NCBI RefSeq assembly: GCF_009914755.1
Contig: NC_060947.1
From: the human T2T-CHM13v2.0 reference genome, Homo sapiens
Strand: one strand, 5' to 3'
Length of the DNA stretch: 64,000 bases
Below the pieces are notes generated by a model. That model had not been told where the DNA came from and did not search any database. It saw only the letters and a list, made by a program, of their open reading frames with translations. Position numbers and translations under genes: made by a program. Positions 29,532 through 43,589 of the stretch are shown in pieces (position 1 is the stretch's first letter; the number at the start of each line of letters is the position of its first letter).

Positions 29532-31474
29532 TCAGGAGCCATAGACTTCCAAATGTGAACAAAGAAGGTACTTTGGAATTCTGAACTTAATTTTTTAGAT
29601 GCCTTGGACTTGGAACGTTGATTTTACACCATAATATAAAGAATGGGGGTGGGATAATGAGAGCAGTTTTTCTGCCACAGGGAGAGGGAATCACGGTTCC
29701 ACCAGTTCAAGAGGATGGCTGGCTGGTAGAAGGGTCTACGTGCCCATGGGAGCCCTGTAACCGGCCTGGGACTCTTCCCGCACAGGGACGGGAGACGCAT
29801 GAAAACCCCAGAGAGGTTCACAGGAACAGGGAGGAGAGGGGATGGAGCCTCACGCCATGGCAGCCAGCAGCAAGGGAAGCCTGCACATCGCGCAGAGGAG
29901 GTCCACTTTTCATCTGGCACTGCGGCGGTAAAGTGGCTGTGGCTAAATGCAGTGTCTCAGCAGCGATTGCAAGGGTGGCCCAGGTCCTCACACCCCAGCA
30001 CAGTAGAGAGAGCAGCCAAGGGCACCCAAGCCACCATGGCACCAAAGGGCGCCCGCCTGGGGCATGTAGCGGAGTACCATGCAAGGCCTCTGGACTAGAG
30101 GCTGTAGCCAGCCACAACATCAGGTTTCATGTTCAAGTCCAAGAGGGACAGGCACACCTTGTCCAAGTCCACTCGGCCCAGTGGGTAGGGCCAGGATGCA
30201 GATAGCAGCATGCGGACACATGTCCCTTGCGCAATACCAGGACAGTGTAGGACCAGCCTCTCCTCCACGCCCCACACCGCCCCCTACCCCCACCCCCAGC
30301 CTCCCACTCCCAGGGCTGCAGCTCATGCCTGGGAAGAATGAGTGAGGGAGAATCCTGAAGAGACAGCATTTGCCTAAAAGTGACCATGATTTAAACCAGA
30401 AGTGACTGTTACCTTGACTTGGCAAGTTTAAGTTGTCGACCATCAGCAGAAACGGGGGCTCAAGATCCCAGTTAATGCTGCAGTTGGGGAGAAATAAAGA
30501 AAAGCTACATCTTAGCACACCTGAGTGTCAGGAGAGTGGAACTTAAACCTGCTACGCAAGGCTTTACTCAAGGCTTGGGAATAACAGGAGGAAATTAAGC
30601 CAGAGCGGAGCTGACACATAAATAATCCAGTTGACAAGCTGCGACTTGCTCTCCAGGGGCCAGTGTCCCTGCAGAAGGCACACGCATGGGAGGGGGCAAG
30701 GAGAGGGAGAAGGGGAGGAGGTCAGGAGTCTGTCCAAAGGAAGACAAAACGTGTGACTCTCCTTTTTGGATCCTGCTGCCTCTCTCAACAACTCTTAATT
30801 ACTAGCAATCAGCTCTTAATTACCTACAACAAGAGAGACCAGGGAAAACAGATAAATGAAATCCACAGATAATCCCCAAACCCCAATTTGGTCGATAACA
30901 TCATCAAGCTTCCCCAAGTAACCTCTTGCCAGGACTCCTGATCTCCTGACAAGTTGCGGATCAGAATGATCCCCAATTCTCCCTCTTTCCTTGCCCTTGC
31001 CCTTGCCCGTGCCCGCCTTCTGTTGATGCAGAGAGAAGCAGGTGGACCCTAAATAATTCCCAACTGGATATTCTTTCCTCCTGTCCCTGGGATGTGGCTG
31101 CCAGGGTCCCTGGCCAGGTGCCAGGCTCCAAGCCTCCTGGCACTGGACTGTTTTCACTGTCTGTTTGCCCAACAAACAGGAATGCTGGCTGAGAATTCAA
31201 GCCACCTTGGAGGACAGGAAGAAAGGACAATAGGTTCCAGGGCAAGGGATGCTGAAGGCACACTGTGCAGGGGGCTGCTGTGGGCCACCACATGTCCCAC
31301 AGACCCAAGGGTCTCTCTGTCCACACCTAAGTCAGGATGGCTGCCTAGAGGCAGAGGACAGAACCAAGACAAGTTAGAACCGAGAGTGAGCGCTAAGATG
31401 GACGAAAGATGGCCAAGTCTGGGGGCTCCCCATTCCTGTTTCCTGACTTTTACATACTCAGGCAGTCAGGAATT

Positions 31475-31760
31475 ATTTTTCTTTTTTTTTAGAGACAGGA
31501 TCTCGCTCTATTGCCTAGGCTGGAGTACAGTGGCACAATCATGGCTTACCGCAGCCTCGAACTCCTGGGCTCAAGCGATCCTCCCGCCTCAGCCTCCTGG
31601 TAGCTGGGACTACAGGTGTACACAATCACACTTGGCTAATTTTTTTATTTTTTGTACAGACAGGGTCTCACTTTGTTGCCCAGGCTGGTCTCAAACTCCC
31701 GGGCTTAAGCGATCCTCCCACCTTGGCCTCCTTCCCAAAGTACTGGGATTACAGACATGC
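31475..31760 (-). mobile_element. Alu (AluJ-like)
   Basis: Reverse-complement dimer. Confidence 0.9.
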
Positions 31761-32299
31761 AGTCGGGAATTCTTAAATGTTCCCTGTCTGAGCAGGCAGG
31801 CAGGGCATATACCTTAGGTCTCATGCATGAGCTAGCAGAATCCTGGGCAAACTGCCTGTCCTGCTTAAAAAGAATGTCCTGGGTTCATCACCTGGGGAAA
31901 AATGTTCAAGACTGACCCAGCAGCACAGCAAATGGGCCAGTATCAGTTAAAGAGGAAAAAAAAAAAAGGAGCAAAGGGAATCCATAGAATCAACAGTACC
32001 CCCACCCCTCCCTTTCCCACTCTTTCACCCCACTCACCCCACCCCAGCAATGGCCAAGGCAGCTAGGGGCTGGTGGCCTCTTGGGTTCAGAGAAGTAGCC
32101 ACAGTTGAGCATGAACTTGAACATCGCTCTCCCTTTTCTGACTTTTCTTTTTTCCTACCGTCCAGTGAACACGGTGGACAAGCCAATCCTCATTCCCGCA
32201 GGCCTCGTTAATGAACCTGCAGCAGCAAATGTGCCTTGTTATTGCTGGAAACGTGGGAGCAGCACGTTCCCCAGCAACGTGCAAATACCACACAGGAAG

Positions 32300-32650
32300 A
32301 GCCCTCTCCCCTCCCCCTCCCCCTCTCCCGTCCCCCCCACCTCTCCCAGCGTCGCACAGCCGAAGCTTCAAGTGCCTGAGTCCTGCTAAGCAGCCTATCC
32401 AGGGCGTGCCCCGACCCTTACCCATCGCCCCCCTAGATTTCTGTGGAGTTGAGTCGGCCAGGAGGCGGCACACGTGGAGGTCCCAGAGGGAAGGTTGCCT
32501 ACTGCAAATCAGAGGCTAGACAGTGCATTGAATGGAAGAACACCGGGCCCAGGCTGAGGCTAAGAAATACTACAGGCTAGGGGCCGCAGTGGCGGGGGGC
32601 GGGGGGGGGGGCGCAGGGATGCTGCTATGGCCTCACCTCTTCACGACGCC
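32300..32650. promoter_or_regulatory. GC/CpG-enriched segment with GC box and G-run cluster; candidate promoter or first exon
   Basis: GGGGCCGCAGTGGCGGGGGGCGGGGGGGGGGGCGCAGGG (about 32580-32618); minus-strand donor ATGG|GTAAGG at 32422/32421. Confidence 0.35.
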
Positions 32651-33848
32651 CCTCTCAACCTTGACTGGGTCACAGTCTCTTCCACATTCTAAATGGGCAT
32701 TAATGCAGCCAACGCTAATTCAATTTCATCACAGGGAGACAGGAAAGATTTTTCTCCAGTCCTTTGCTTCTGCTATGTCTGTCTCCTCCTATGGGGACTG
32801 TTGGTTCTTCTTCATGAGGTTGGATTTTCAGGCTTTTTGGCCTTTCCTTACTCCATTTGATGACCATTTGAATAAGGGAGAGACCAGGAGGGAGAGACAG
32901 GGAAACAGCCAGGCCCCAGGGACAAAGCAGTTTCCTACAATCCAAAGCCACCATGATTCCGGGGCATCATTATGCATCTCTCCTGTGACCTGGTGACCTG
33001 GGACTCCAGATAGCCCATGACACAGAAGATGAGATGTACCAACAGCCCTTCTCACCAAATTGATGTGAAATCAAATGATGCAGGGAAGTTTTTAGAAGGG
33101 AAAAGAAAAAAGAGAGTGAGAAAGACAACATTCGATTTCCCCTGCTGAGGAGGCTGACAGCACTCTCTGCCAAACAAAAATTGCCTGCCTTTCTCAAAGC
33201 CAGCATTCTGGAGCTGTTTTCTGATTATTTCAATCAGTCTAATAACGTGGAGGTTTGAGACAGCTGCTTTTGCGGTTTGGAGGGTCTGGCTTTTCTGCTG
33301 GCTCCTGCAGAAGCATAATTGTTGCTCCCTGAAGCTCACGTGCAACTAGGGAAAAAGAGTTTGAATGGATTTTTCGACCCCAGAATATAACCATCCTGGA
33401 ATGTGTTGCAAGGTCAAGCAGTCTTTTCGAGCTGACTGGCTGGATCGGAGGCCCGGTTGCCATCTCTAGTTCACTGTTCTGCATTCTCAGCTGGTTTCCT
33501 CGCTGATAATAAGAACTGGCTAAATGTGGGTTCTGTTCATTCCTGTGTGTAGTCCCCAGGTCTCGGAGCCCAGTGGGGTGTGCTGTCTGGCTGCCTGGAT
33601 TCTGGGAATGATGGCTCCCTTCGTGGCTTGTTTCTTCATGGCAGGCTTGTGCAGAAGGGTCGCCAGCCATGCCCTAAACCTCTATAAGAGCACAGAGAGA
33701 ACAGAGTGCACGCTGCCCACCGTGTGCCACAGAGCCCAGAGAAAAGGGCACAGTTCATTTTAAAGGGCAATGTTGAACTCAAGGTGGCTTTGAAGGTAGC
33801 CAAGGTTGGAATAAAATTTCTATTAGGCCAAAAAAAAATCAAAATATC

Positions 33849-34153
33849 AGCGGAGCGCTGTAGCTCATGCCTGTAATCCCAGCATTTTGGGAGGCCAAGG
33901 CAGGTGGATCACTGAAGGTCAGGAGTTAGAGACCAACCTGACCAACATGGTAAAACCCCTGTCTCTACTAAAAATACAAAAATTAGCTGGATGTGGTGGC
34001 ACATGCCTGTAATCCCAGCTACTTGGGAGGCTGAAGCAGGAGAATTGCAATTGCTTGAGCCCGGGGAGGCGGAGGTTGCAGTGAGCTGAGATCGTGCCAT
34101 TGAACTCTAGCCTGGGCGACAAAGTGGGGGAGACTCTGTCTCAAGAAAAAAAA
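33849..34153 (+). mobile_element. Alu (AluS-like)
   Basis: Dimer; TSD AAAAAAATCA(A/G)AATATCA. Confidence 0.92.
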
Positions 34154-34702
34154 ATCAGAATATCATCATAGAAAGTTAGCCAGTATATTATACAGGACTA
34201 CATTTATTAGAGTGCTGTCAAATTTTGAGTACCTGCTGTGAACAAGAGCCGTGCTAGGTGTTTTTGTATGCATCACCTCATTTAATCCTCACAAGTGATG
34301 CAGATATTACAATCGCCATTTGACATTCCAGAAATCTGGAAAACTCTCCTGTGTGTTCATATTTTTTTTCTGCAATTGCAAATCTTCCCTTCTCTGGGCC
34401 TCTGTTTTTAAAACACTTGCAATCCTAAGTAAATCTTAAAACAGCACTGTCTTCCTGAATGCCATTATCTGATGGGAAGGGTGGGTGAACTCAGGCAAAG
34501 AGCAGACTTCCAAGGCCTCCTCACAGCTATCTGCACCCACCTCCTCACTGTTCGGGGAATACATTTTTGATTTTCCTTTTTTGGCTAATCTGTCCCTGAT
34601 TGGAAATTTCTTTCTGACACTAATGCACACATGCACGAGTTGATTAATATCTTCCTTCTTGGTTGCAAAGAATTAGCAGCAGCCTAACTATCCTCAGTAT
34701 AA

Positions 34703-35090
<388 letters not shown>

Positions 35091-35489
35091 TGAGGAGCCC
35101 ATGTCCACTGCCCACTACAGGGGGTGTAACGGCAATCAAACAAAGTGTTTGCTGAACATCCCAGTGCTGGGCTACCCAGAGCTCACAAAACCCACCACCA
35201 AACCAGGGGACGGTGTTCTGTCCACACTGAGCTTCTCAGAGGCTTCACAAGAGAACCCCCTAACAAGGCAAAGCTATAGGGTGAGGAGGCTGGCCAGCCC
35301 CCTAAATGATACCCAGAACACATACATCCAAAGATGTCTCCCTCACTGCTGACACCTTAAGAGGCCAGAAACTTATTTCAATAATGCAGTCATGGCTCAA
35401 AACCGCATGCAATTCCACTTTTAGAACCACTGCCAGAGGCAGCTGACAGACGACATTGAAAAAAGGAGTTTCACTGGATAAAGCTTAGT

Positions 35490-35950
35490 CTCATGTTTGC
35501 CCTCGTTGCCTAAAGTATTATTCTCTGGGTATGGATAATCTGTTTGGGGGGCGATCCTGGGAAATAGGGTTCAGAGAGTGGAGAAAGTGAGACAAGAAAG
35601 GGGAAAAAGACAAAAAGAGTGTGTTAGTGAACAGGTTACCTCCATAGACAATGGAGGCCCAGTTCCATTTGGGCCCCTCCGGGAGATGGTGTGGTCACTC
35701 CAGGACACACCTCAGACTTCTCCCGCTGAGTCGTAATGAAAAGGAGATATTGATCCATCATCTCCACTGCCTCACTGGTTGAGAGTCAGACCTGAGGGCA
35801 TTTATTCCCCAGCTGTTTCAATGCCATCATCTCGCCTGCAAGCCACACCTGGCAGAGATGCTCAGAAAACCATCTGCAGGTACAAGAACTGTCTGCAGGG
35901 GACCTCTGGGGCGGGCAGAGGGCACATGGGCACCAACAGCACCTGCTATA
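35490..35950 (-). mobile_element. LTR33-like ERVL LTR
   Basis: GGGGGCGATCCTGGGAA...GAAAGTGAGACAAG...GGCACCAACAGCACCTGCTA. Confidence 0.55.
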
Positions 35951-36034
35951 GATCTGAATGACTTTTGAATTGTCAGCGAGAAATTAAATCCATGTTTGGA
36001 TGATAAAGATTGCTATCAGCAGAGATCTTTAGAG

Positions 36035-36190
36035 AAATAATAATAATAGCTGAAGTTTATTGAGCGTTTATTGTGTGCCAGCTGCTGTTCTAAGCACTTT
36101 ATATGCACTAACCCATTTAGTTCTCACACATATGTATAAAATAGGCACCATTATTATATTCTTTTGACAGATAAGGAAATGGATGTGCTA
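36035..36190 (-). mobile_element. MIR
   Basis: AATAATAGCT...TTTATTGAGCG...TAAGCACTTT...ACAGATAAGGAAA. Confidence 0.75.
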
Positions 36191-36569
36191 CAAACTCCAA
36201 GACAATTCCACAAACATTTTGGAGCAGTGAACCCATCATTGGAATAAACAAACAGCCATCCAGGTGATAGTTTTAAGAAGATAAATTAGATTGGTGTATA
36301 TATAAATATATGTATATGCAAATGCATTTGAGTATGTTTGGTAAAAGCAAAACTAGTCTCATGATTTATACATGAACCAATGAATAACCAATTGAATTTT
36401 GGCCACCCTAAAGGCCCTTGGAGTTTAGAAGCAGGAAGAGAATGTGCTAGAAATATCAAGGGAAGCTTTATGGAAAGGACGGGCCTAGAGCTGTAATTAA
36501 AAGGTGAAGAAATAGCATGAAATAAGTCCTAAAGGCAGGATGAAGCAGAGTGGGGAGGGGACCAACTCA

Positions 36570-36982
36570 TCTGGCATATGAGTCAAGATGGCAATGGCAA
36601 TGTTCACCAAATATCTCCAGCCCTCTTCTTTCCCAGCATATGGTAGAATTATATTTTCTTGCCCCTCTTTGAAGTCAGGTGTGGCCATGTGACTTGATTT
36701 GGTCAAGGAAATGTCACCAGAAGTTACTTGTGTCCTGTCGAATTGGAAGCACTGAATCAAGATGTGATTCACTATGTTCTCTCCCCACTTTGGAGGGAAC
36801 TCACAGACCACAAAAATGGACTCTCCATCCACCTGGATACCTGAGTAACTACCATGAGAAAAGCCTCCCCCTGCTGACCTATGAAAACATGTAGCACGAG
36901 CAAGGAAGAAATTTTTTTTGTTGTGTTGTAAGTCACTGAGATTTTGGAATTGTTCTGACAACATAACCTAGCCTGTCCTGAT
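36570..36982 (+). mobile_element. MLT1 (I/J-like) LTR
   Basis: GTGTGGCCATGTGACTTG...AAGTCACTGAGATTTTGG...ATAACCTAGCCTGTCCTGA. Confidence 0.75.
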
Positions 36983-36984
36983 AT

Positions 36985-37370
36985 GCTAGGCTTATGCTGC
37001 CGTAACACAACTGCAAGATCTCAGTGGCTTAAGAAATTTCATGTCCATACAAAGTTCACTGCAAGTCAATGGATGAAGAGGGAAAAGTGTTCTGCTCCAT
37101 ATAGTCACTCAGGAACTCAGGCAATGGAGGCTTTACCATCTGGAACACTGCAACTGATCACCCCAGCAAGGGTTAAGAGAAGTCGGAGGGTCCTGCAGAG
37201 CCTTTTCATTGTCTCAATGTAAAATTCTCACACGTCACTTCCACATATATTTCATTGACCAGAGCTAGTCACATGGCGCTGCCTAATTGCAAAGGGGCTG
37301 TGAAGTAGGATCTCCCCACTGTCCAGGAAGGAGAGAACTGGCTATTTGTGAGCACTAATAATGTCCACCA
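36985..37370 (-). mobile_element. MLT1-family LTR, opposite orientation to its neighbour
   Basis: GGCTTATGCTGCCGTAACA...CTCAGTGGCTTA...TCATTGACCAGAGCTAGTCACATGG. Confidence 0.7.
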
Positions 37371-37749
37371 CAGCTGGCTTCAGAATACTGGCAAGTGATG
37401 CTCAGCCAGGGATATGGAGAGCATGGGCACAGGTGAGGAAGGCTTTTGAGAACCAGAATATGACCCATGCAATGTCAGGGAGCCACTGTAAGTATATGAG
37501 CAGGGCAGGGACTTGAGGAAGGTTGAGTTAAAGTATCACTGGACTAGCAGTCTAGTGTTGGGCAAACAGGCATGGTGGGGGTAAATGGAAGTGAAGTGGT
37601 GACCCTATGCTTATAGGCAAGGAGATTTGTTGTGAGGCTGTTATATTAACCCAGGCCTGTGCTGATAGTTAGGATGTCACCTGGTGTTATCAGAGGAAGA
37701 GCAATAAGGAGTAAATCCTGTAGCATTTAAAAGAGTGGGGAGGGGTATG

Positions 37750-37950
37750 GTGTATCGAGAGCCCAGTCTTTGACATCAGATAGACTGAGATTCAAATTCC
37801 ACCTCTGACACCTACCGGCTTCTTGCTCTTAGGCAAAATATATCATCTCTCTAAGCCTCAGTGTTCTTATCTACAAACTGAGGATAATAATAATATTTAC
37901 CTTGTACAGCTATTATGAGTATTGAAAGACTAGAGATTATGTTTGTAAAT
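37750..37950 (+). mobile_element. MIR
   Basis: TTCAAATTCC...CTAAGCCTCAGTGTTCTTATCT...GATAATAATA. Confidence 0.7.
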
Positions 37951-37955
37951 TGACA

Positions 37956-38106
37956 GTGGAAGTGGTGATGATGGTGGAGGTGGTGATGATGGTGGAGGTG
38001 GTGGTGGTGGTGGTGGTGGTGGTGGTGGTGGTGGTGGTAGTGGTAGTAGTAGTGCTGGTAGTAGAGATGGTGGCGGAGATGATGTGGGTGGTAGTAGTGA
38101 TGGTGA
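37956..38106. repeat. (GGT)n/(GAT)n/(AGT)n compound trinucleotide repeat
   Basis: Direct reading; source of the poly-His and poly-Val ORFs. Confidence 0.93.
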
Positions 38107-39086
38107 ATCATAAAAGGACTGAGGTTAAGGCTTTGGGCAGGGAAAGTACCTACAATGAGGAGGCAAAATGAAGAGGCTCCCCGTATACAAAATGTAGAAG
38201 TAGTAGTCAGAAGACAGAAAGTCAGCTATACAATCCAAGGTCCTAGAAACCAAAGGGAAAACGCGTTTCAGTAAAAAACTCTAAACTCAAAGTGGACAAG
38301 GAAGATATGAACAACAGCCATTGGGTTTTAAAAAAATAAAGTGACTATGACCTGGTGAAGGAGTAGGTTGGTGGCAAGGGATTAAGAGGGACTAGACATC
38401 TGAAAAGCAGGGCCCAGCTTGTGTGGCCCTCTCTCAGAAGGAGTTTGGTAGTGGAAGGATGGAAGATCAAAGAACCTGTATCAGTGAGAAATGCCTTTGG
38501 CTGCAAGTAACAGAGTATATATATATATATATTCAATCAAAGATGTAACAAAAGAAGGCAATGGAGAGAAAGAGAGGGGAAATATGTACAAATGCTTTGC
38601 ATTCAGAGTTGAAAGAATCAGCCATAGGCAAAAAAAAAAAAATCAATAGCTAAAATTAAAAATAAGGCTCTTTAATTTTTAGTTCTTTTCTTTGCCTAAG
38701 AGCTCTTTACAGAGCATTTACATTGAAGAACCCCCATAGTTGGGTAAGACTGAGCTATTTGTCTTTGCTACCTGTCCCTGAATATCTTCCCTAGTGGCCA
38801 CCAGGAAAAAGACTAATTTCCCAGCTACCTGTTGTCATGTGACTAAGTTCTGGCCAATGGGACATATGGAAGCATGGCGTGTCAGTTTCCAAAAATCTTC
38901 CTTAAAAGACAGCCTGTCTCTATAAAGTACTAAGAGGAGTCAAAATCATAGAGGCAGAAAGTAGACTGGCAGTTGCCAGGGAATGGGGGCAGGGGATGGG
39001 GGAATCGGGAGTTAGTGTTTAACAGGCACACAGTTTCAGTTTTACAAGATGAAAAGAGTTCTGGAGATGAATGGTGGTGATGGCTG

Positions 39087-40095
<1,009 letters not shown>

Positions 40096-42399
40096 GCTGC
40101 ACGCCATTATGAGTACATTTAAAAATGTCTCAGATGGTAAATTTTACATCATATGTATTTTACCACAATAAAAAAATATTGAGGAAGGGGTAAAGACAGC
40201 TAGTCTGTGCCTCATCATCCCTTTCTTTTTAGTTGCTTTCTCTATCCTGCTGCCTGCTGCCTTAAACATGGGTATCATGGCTGCCATCTTGGACCAGGGG
40301 GCTAAAGTTTCCATCCTTTGAAAGGTGGAGCAGTGAACTTGGAGGATCCTGGATCCCTGAGGATTTCATGGAGCAGAGCAGTCATTCCAGCTCTGGACTG
40401 CAGCCAAAGCTTGTCTTCCCAGATACAGTCCCCAGGGAGGGGACGACCGGCCTGGATACCCACCAAGGGCAGTCTCTGAGATTGAGATTCACCCACAGAT
40501 ACCAGCCCTTTCTCTAGGGGCAGGACTTTGACATAGGGCCGTCCCCAGTCTTCCTAAGCACCACTTTGTGGAAGGGAGGAAGGAGGCCCACATTGCCCTC
40601 AGTCTCCTCAGTCTGGAGAAATCTTAGAAGAAAGGTGCCCAGAGTGGCCCTTCAGGGCTGCTTGTGAGACACCCAGCCTCTGTGTTGGCTGGCTGGCTGG
40701 CAGGAGGACAGGTTCTGATCTCAGCTGTGCATAGCTAATAAGCAGTGACCTCACATTGGCCAGCCAAGCCGATTTGAGTGCTTTCAAGGACAAAATGTGT
40801 CCTGATATCTGGAGGCGAAAATCAGAACCAAGTAGCACTGCCTTGCTATTTCTAGAGGCAAAGGAAAAGCTTTTAGAGGTCAGTTCCATCCCTGTTCTGC
40901 CAGGGTGGCCTCCCCTCAGCAACACGAGTCCCCCACTCCCACCCCAAAAGAGTTTCTGCATCATTTCTCCTTGTGAACTCATTCAGCACATCCCACCCAC
41001 TGCCTGGTTCTGTGGTCGTCTTTGGGGTAGGTGTGCTATCTCCCCCTGCCCCTCGCCTGGCCCATCGTGAGCTCCAGGAGAGCGGGGACCCAGCCTTTTT
41101 CACCTTTGTAGCCTCATTACCCAGCAACACATCTGGCACACAGCAAAGGATCAAAAAATGTTTCTGATTAACTACTACTGAATATCATTTGGGGATCTTT
41201 GCTCCAGAGAAAGGGAATCCAAAGAAGTCATTTGTGTCAATCCCCAGATGCCAGGCCAGCCTAAGAAAGCTGCGGCTAGTCCATTTTGGAGACCTGTTTC
41301 TCAGAACCCCCCAAGTTTCAGGGAGAATTTCCACCAGCTCTCCTTGGTAAAAGGTGGTGATATAGGTTTCCCAATGACAAGCCTAAATTTCTCCTGTCGC
41401 ACTTTATAACCACTCCATATGCTCTTAACGTCACTGTGACAGCCCAGCTGCTCACTGCCACCTACAACCTGGGCTGACATTCAGTCGAAATGCACTGCTA
41501 CGACAGCTGTACTGGTTGTTAAAATATTGAAATGCTTCTATCACCATAGAGTAAATAGCTACTGCCCCAGGCCCCCTGAGTGTCCCCACCTGCCACACTG
41601 GCCACCCTTGGCCATTCCCCTGGTACCTCCAGACCCCCCTCCAATCCAGATCACAAGGGACCTCTGGAGCCCAGATCTCAGAGACTGCTCTGAATGATCA
41701 GTGCCTGCATGTAAATCTCACCTAGCTAAGGCAACTCACCCTTCTCTTCCCCCAGCTGCAGAACAGTGACTCCATCAGCTTGTCCCTCCCCCAGGCATCA
41801 ATGTCCCATGATGGCTGCCCCCGGGAGATGTGCAGGTCCTGTGCCAGCCACAGATTGGGGGTGGGTGCTGGGAGCTGTCCACACTGAGAGGGGAGGTAAA
41901 GCCACTCACCTGGGATGGATGGGGATCAGATGCCCAGGGAGGGAATAGGAGGCCAAAGCCTGGACTAGGAGCCAGGATGGGGAGAGGCTGGATCCAGCTG
42001 GAGCCAGACCTGAGCAGGATGCCTGGGATAGACCAGGTTCTAGGGCAAGTGTGAGGTCAAAGCTGGCCAGGCAAGAGGCAAGCTCATCTGTGCTACTAGT
42101 TCCCTCTCCCAACCCTGAAAACACCAAAGAGGTGAGAGGGTAACATATATCCATAAGCCAACCAAAGACCTGTGAGAAGACCCAGGCGAGACTGAAGGCT
42201 GCCTTTGAAGTGGCATCTGTAGGGATGGTGGGTGGCTGGAAGCAGAAATGAAAGGATAGGTAAGAGAGAAGCTTTTAAAATTGGCTCTTGCATCCCCCAT
42301 CTGCCTGAGGCCCTGGGCTGTCATTTTCCCGGCCCTTTCATGGCAGAAATCGGTGGCAACAGCCCACGTTGTCAGTGCCCAGGAAACTAAGGACTCTCC

Positions 42400-42692
42400 T
42401 TTTTTTTTTGAGACAGGGTCTCACTTTGTTGCCCAGGTTGGAGTGCAGTTGTGCAGTCACGGCTCACTGCAGCCTCAACCTCCCTGGGCTCAGGTGATTC
42501 TCCCACCTCAGCCTCCTGAAGAGCTGGAACCACAGGCACGCATCACCATGCCTGGCTAATTTTTTTATTTTATGTAGAGACGGGGTTTTGCCATGTCGCC
42601 CAGGCTAGTCTTAAACTCCTGGACTCAAGCGATCCTCCTGCCTTGGCCTCCCAAAGTGCCGGGATTACTCACATGAGCCACTGTGGTTGGCC
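42400..42692 (-). mobile_element. Alu (AluJ-like)
   Basis: Reverse-complement dimer. Confidence 0.9.
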
Positions 42693-42849
42693 AGCCTCTC
42701 CTTAAACTCCCTGGGACTGAGAACTACTGAGACCTGGACTTGAGCCCTTCCCCAATTTACAGGACCAGGCAGGTGGCTGCCAGCCCTGTTCCATTACATG
42801 TGATCCTCTTAAGGCCAAACAATGAGGCCCCTGAGGTTGTCTATCACAA

Positions 42850-43190
42850 GAAAAAGACCATAAACTGGACATCAGAATCAGTGGAAGCAGATGGAAATGA
42901 TGGGAACAAGAGGACCCAGCATTTGCAATGAGCAAGAGAAATATAGTCAAAGAGAAAATAGAAGATAGCAGCAACAAGAAACAAGAGCACGGAATGACAG
43001 GAAAAAATATCAAGTGGAAATATGAGAAGGGAAAGAAGAAGAGATGAAATAGAGAGCACACTTGTTGGGATAAGTACTAGGATGGGTACAGTTGGAGAAC
43101 AAATTGATAAGCTAGGGAAACAGATGAAGTTACAGCCCCAGAGTACAGCAGAAAAAGAGAAAAACTCAGCCACAGGTGGATGGAAGAAGA
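42850..43190 (+). mobile_element. Ancient L1/HAL1 ORF1 remnant
   Basis: A-rich; from 43046 reads EIESTLVGISTRMGTVGEQIDKLGKQMK, resembling the L1 ORF1p coiled coil. Confidence 0.5.
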
Positions 43191-43335
43191 GGTGACTCAC
43201 TGAATTTTCCATCTGCAGCTCTTCCCTCTGCCTATGACAGTCATGTCCCCCTGCCACTGCATCCAGCCCTGAGCTCACCATCCTTTGGCTCTCTGCTCAA
43301 ATGCCCCTGGACCTGGGAAACTGGGAACATTTCCT

Positions 43336-43369
<34 letters not shown>

Positions 43370-43589
43370 AATCAGGCTATGGCCCTGTCACATGCCCTCC
43401 ACTGCCACTCTGCAATGAATGCTTTGGGTGTTATCTGCCCCTTTTCCACAAGCAGCCCCTCCCCGAGCCACATGATTTCCATGGGCAGCCCCCTATTAGT
43501 AATGCATAACGCCACCCTTTCACTGAAGTTGTTTGGTCCAAAACTGGACACCTGACTATACAGAGTCCAGTGAGACCCCTTCCCCAGAA

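Noticed and set aside
29618-30205. 195-aa + strand ORF
   Set aside because: Its composition (HVQVQEGQAHLVQVH) is the same-register antisense of the minus-strand reading VDLDKVCLSLLDLNM; no recognisable protein.
29854-30225. OAS/Mab-21 nucleotidyltransferase C-terminal resemblance (YSL...AW...TVL)
   Set aside because: It needs several arbitrary frameshifts and is weaker than the BTB/BACK-like reading of the neighbouring exons.
37851-38171. Poly-His and poly-Val ORFs
   Set aside because: Produced by a trinucleotide microsatellite; no splice context.
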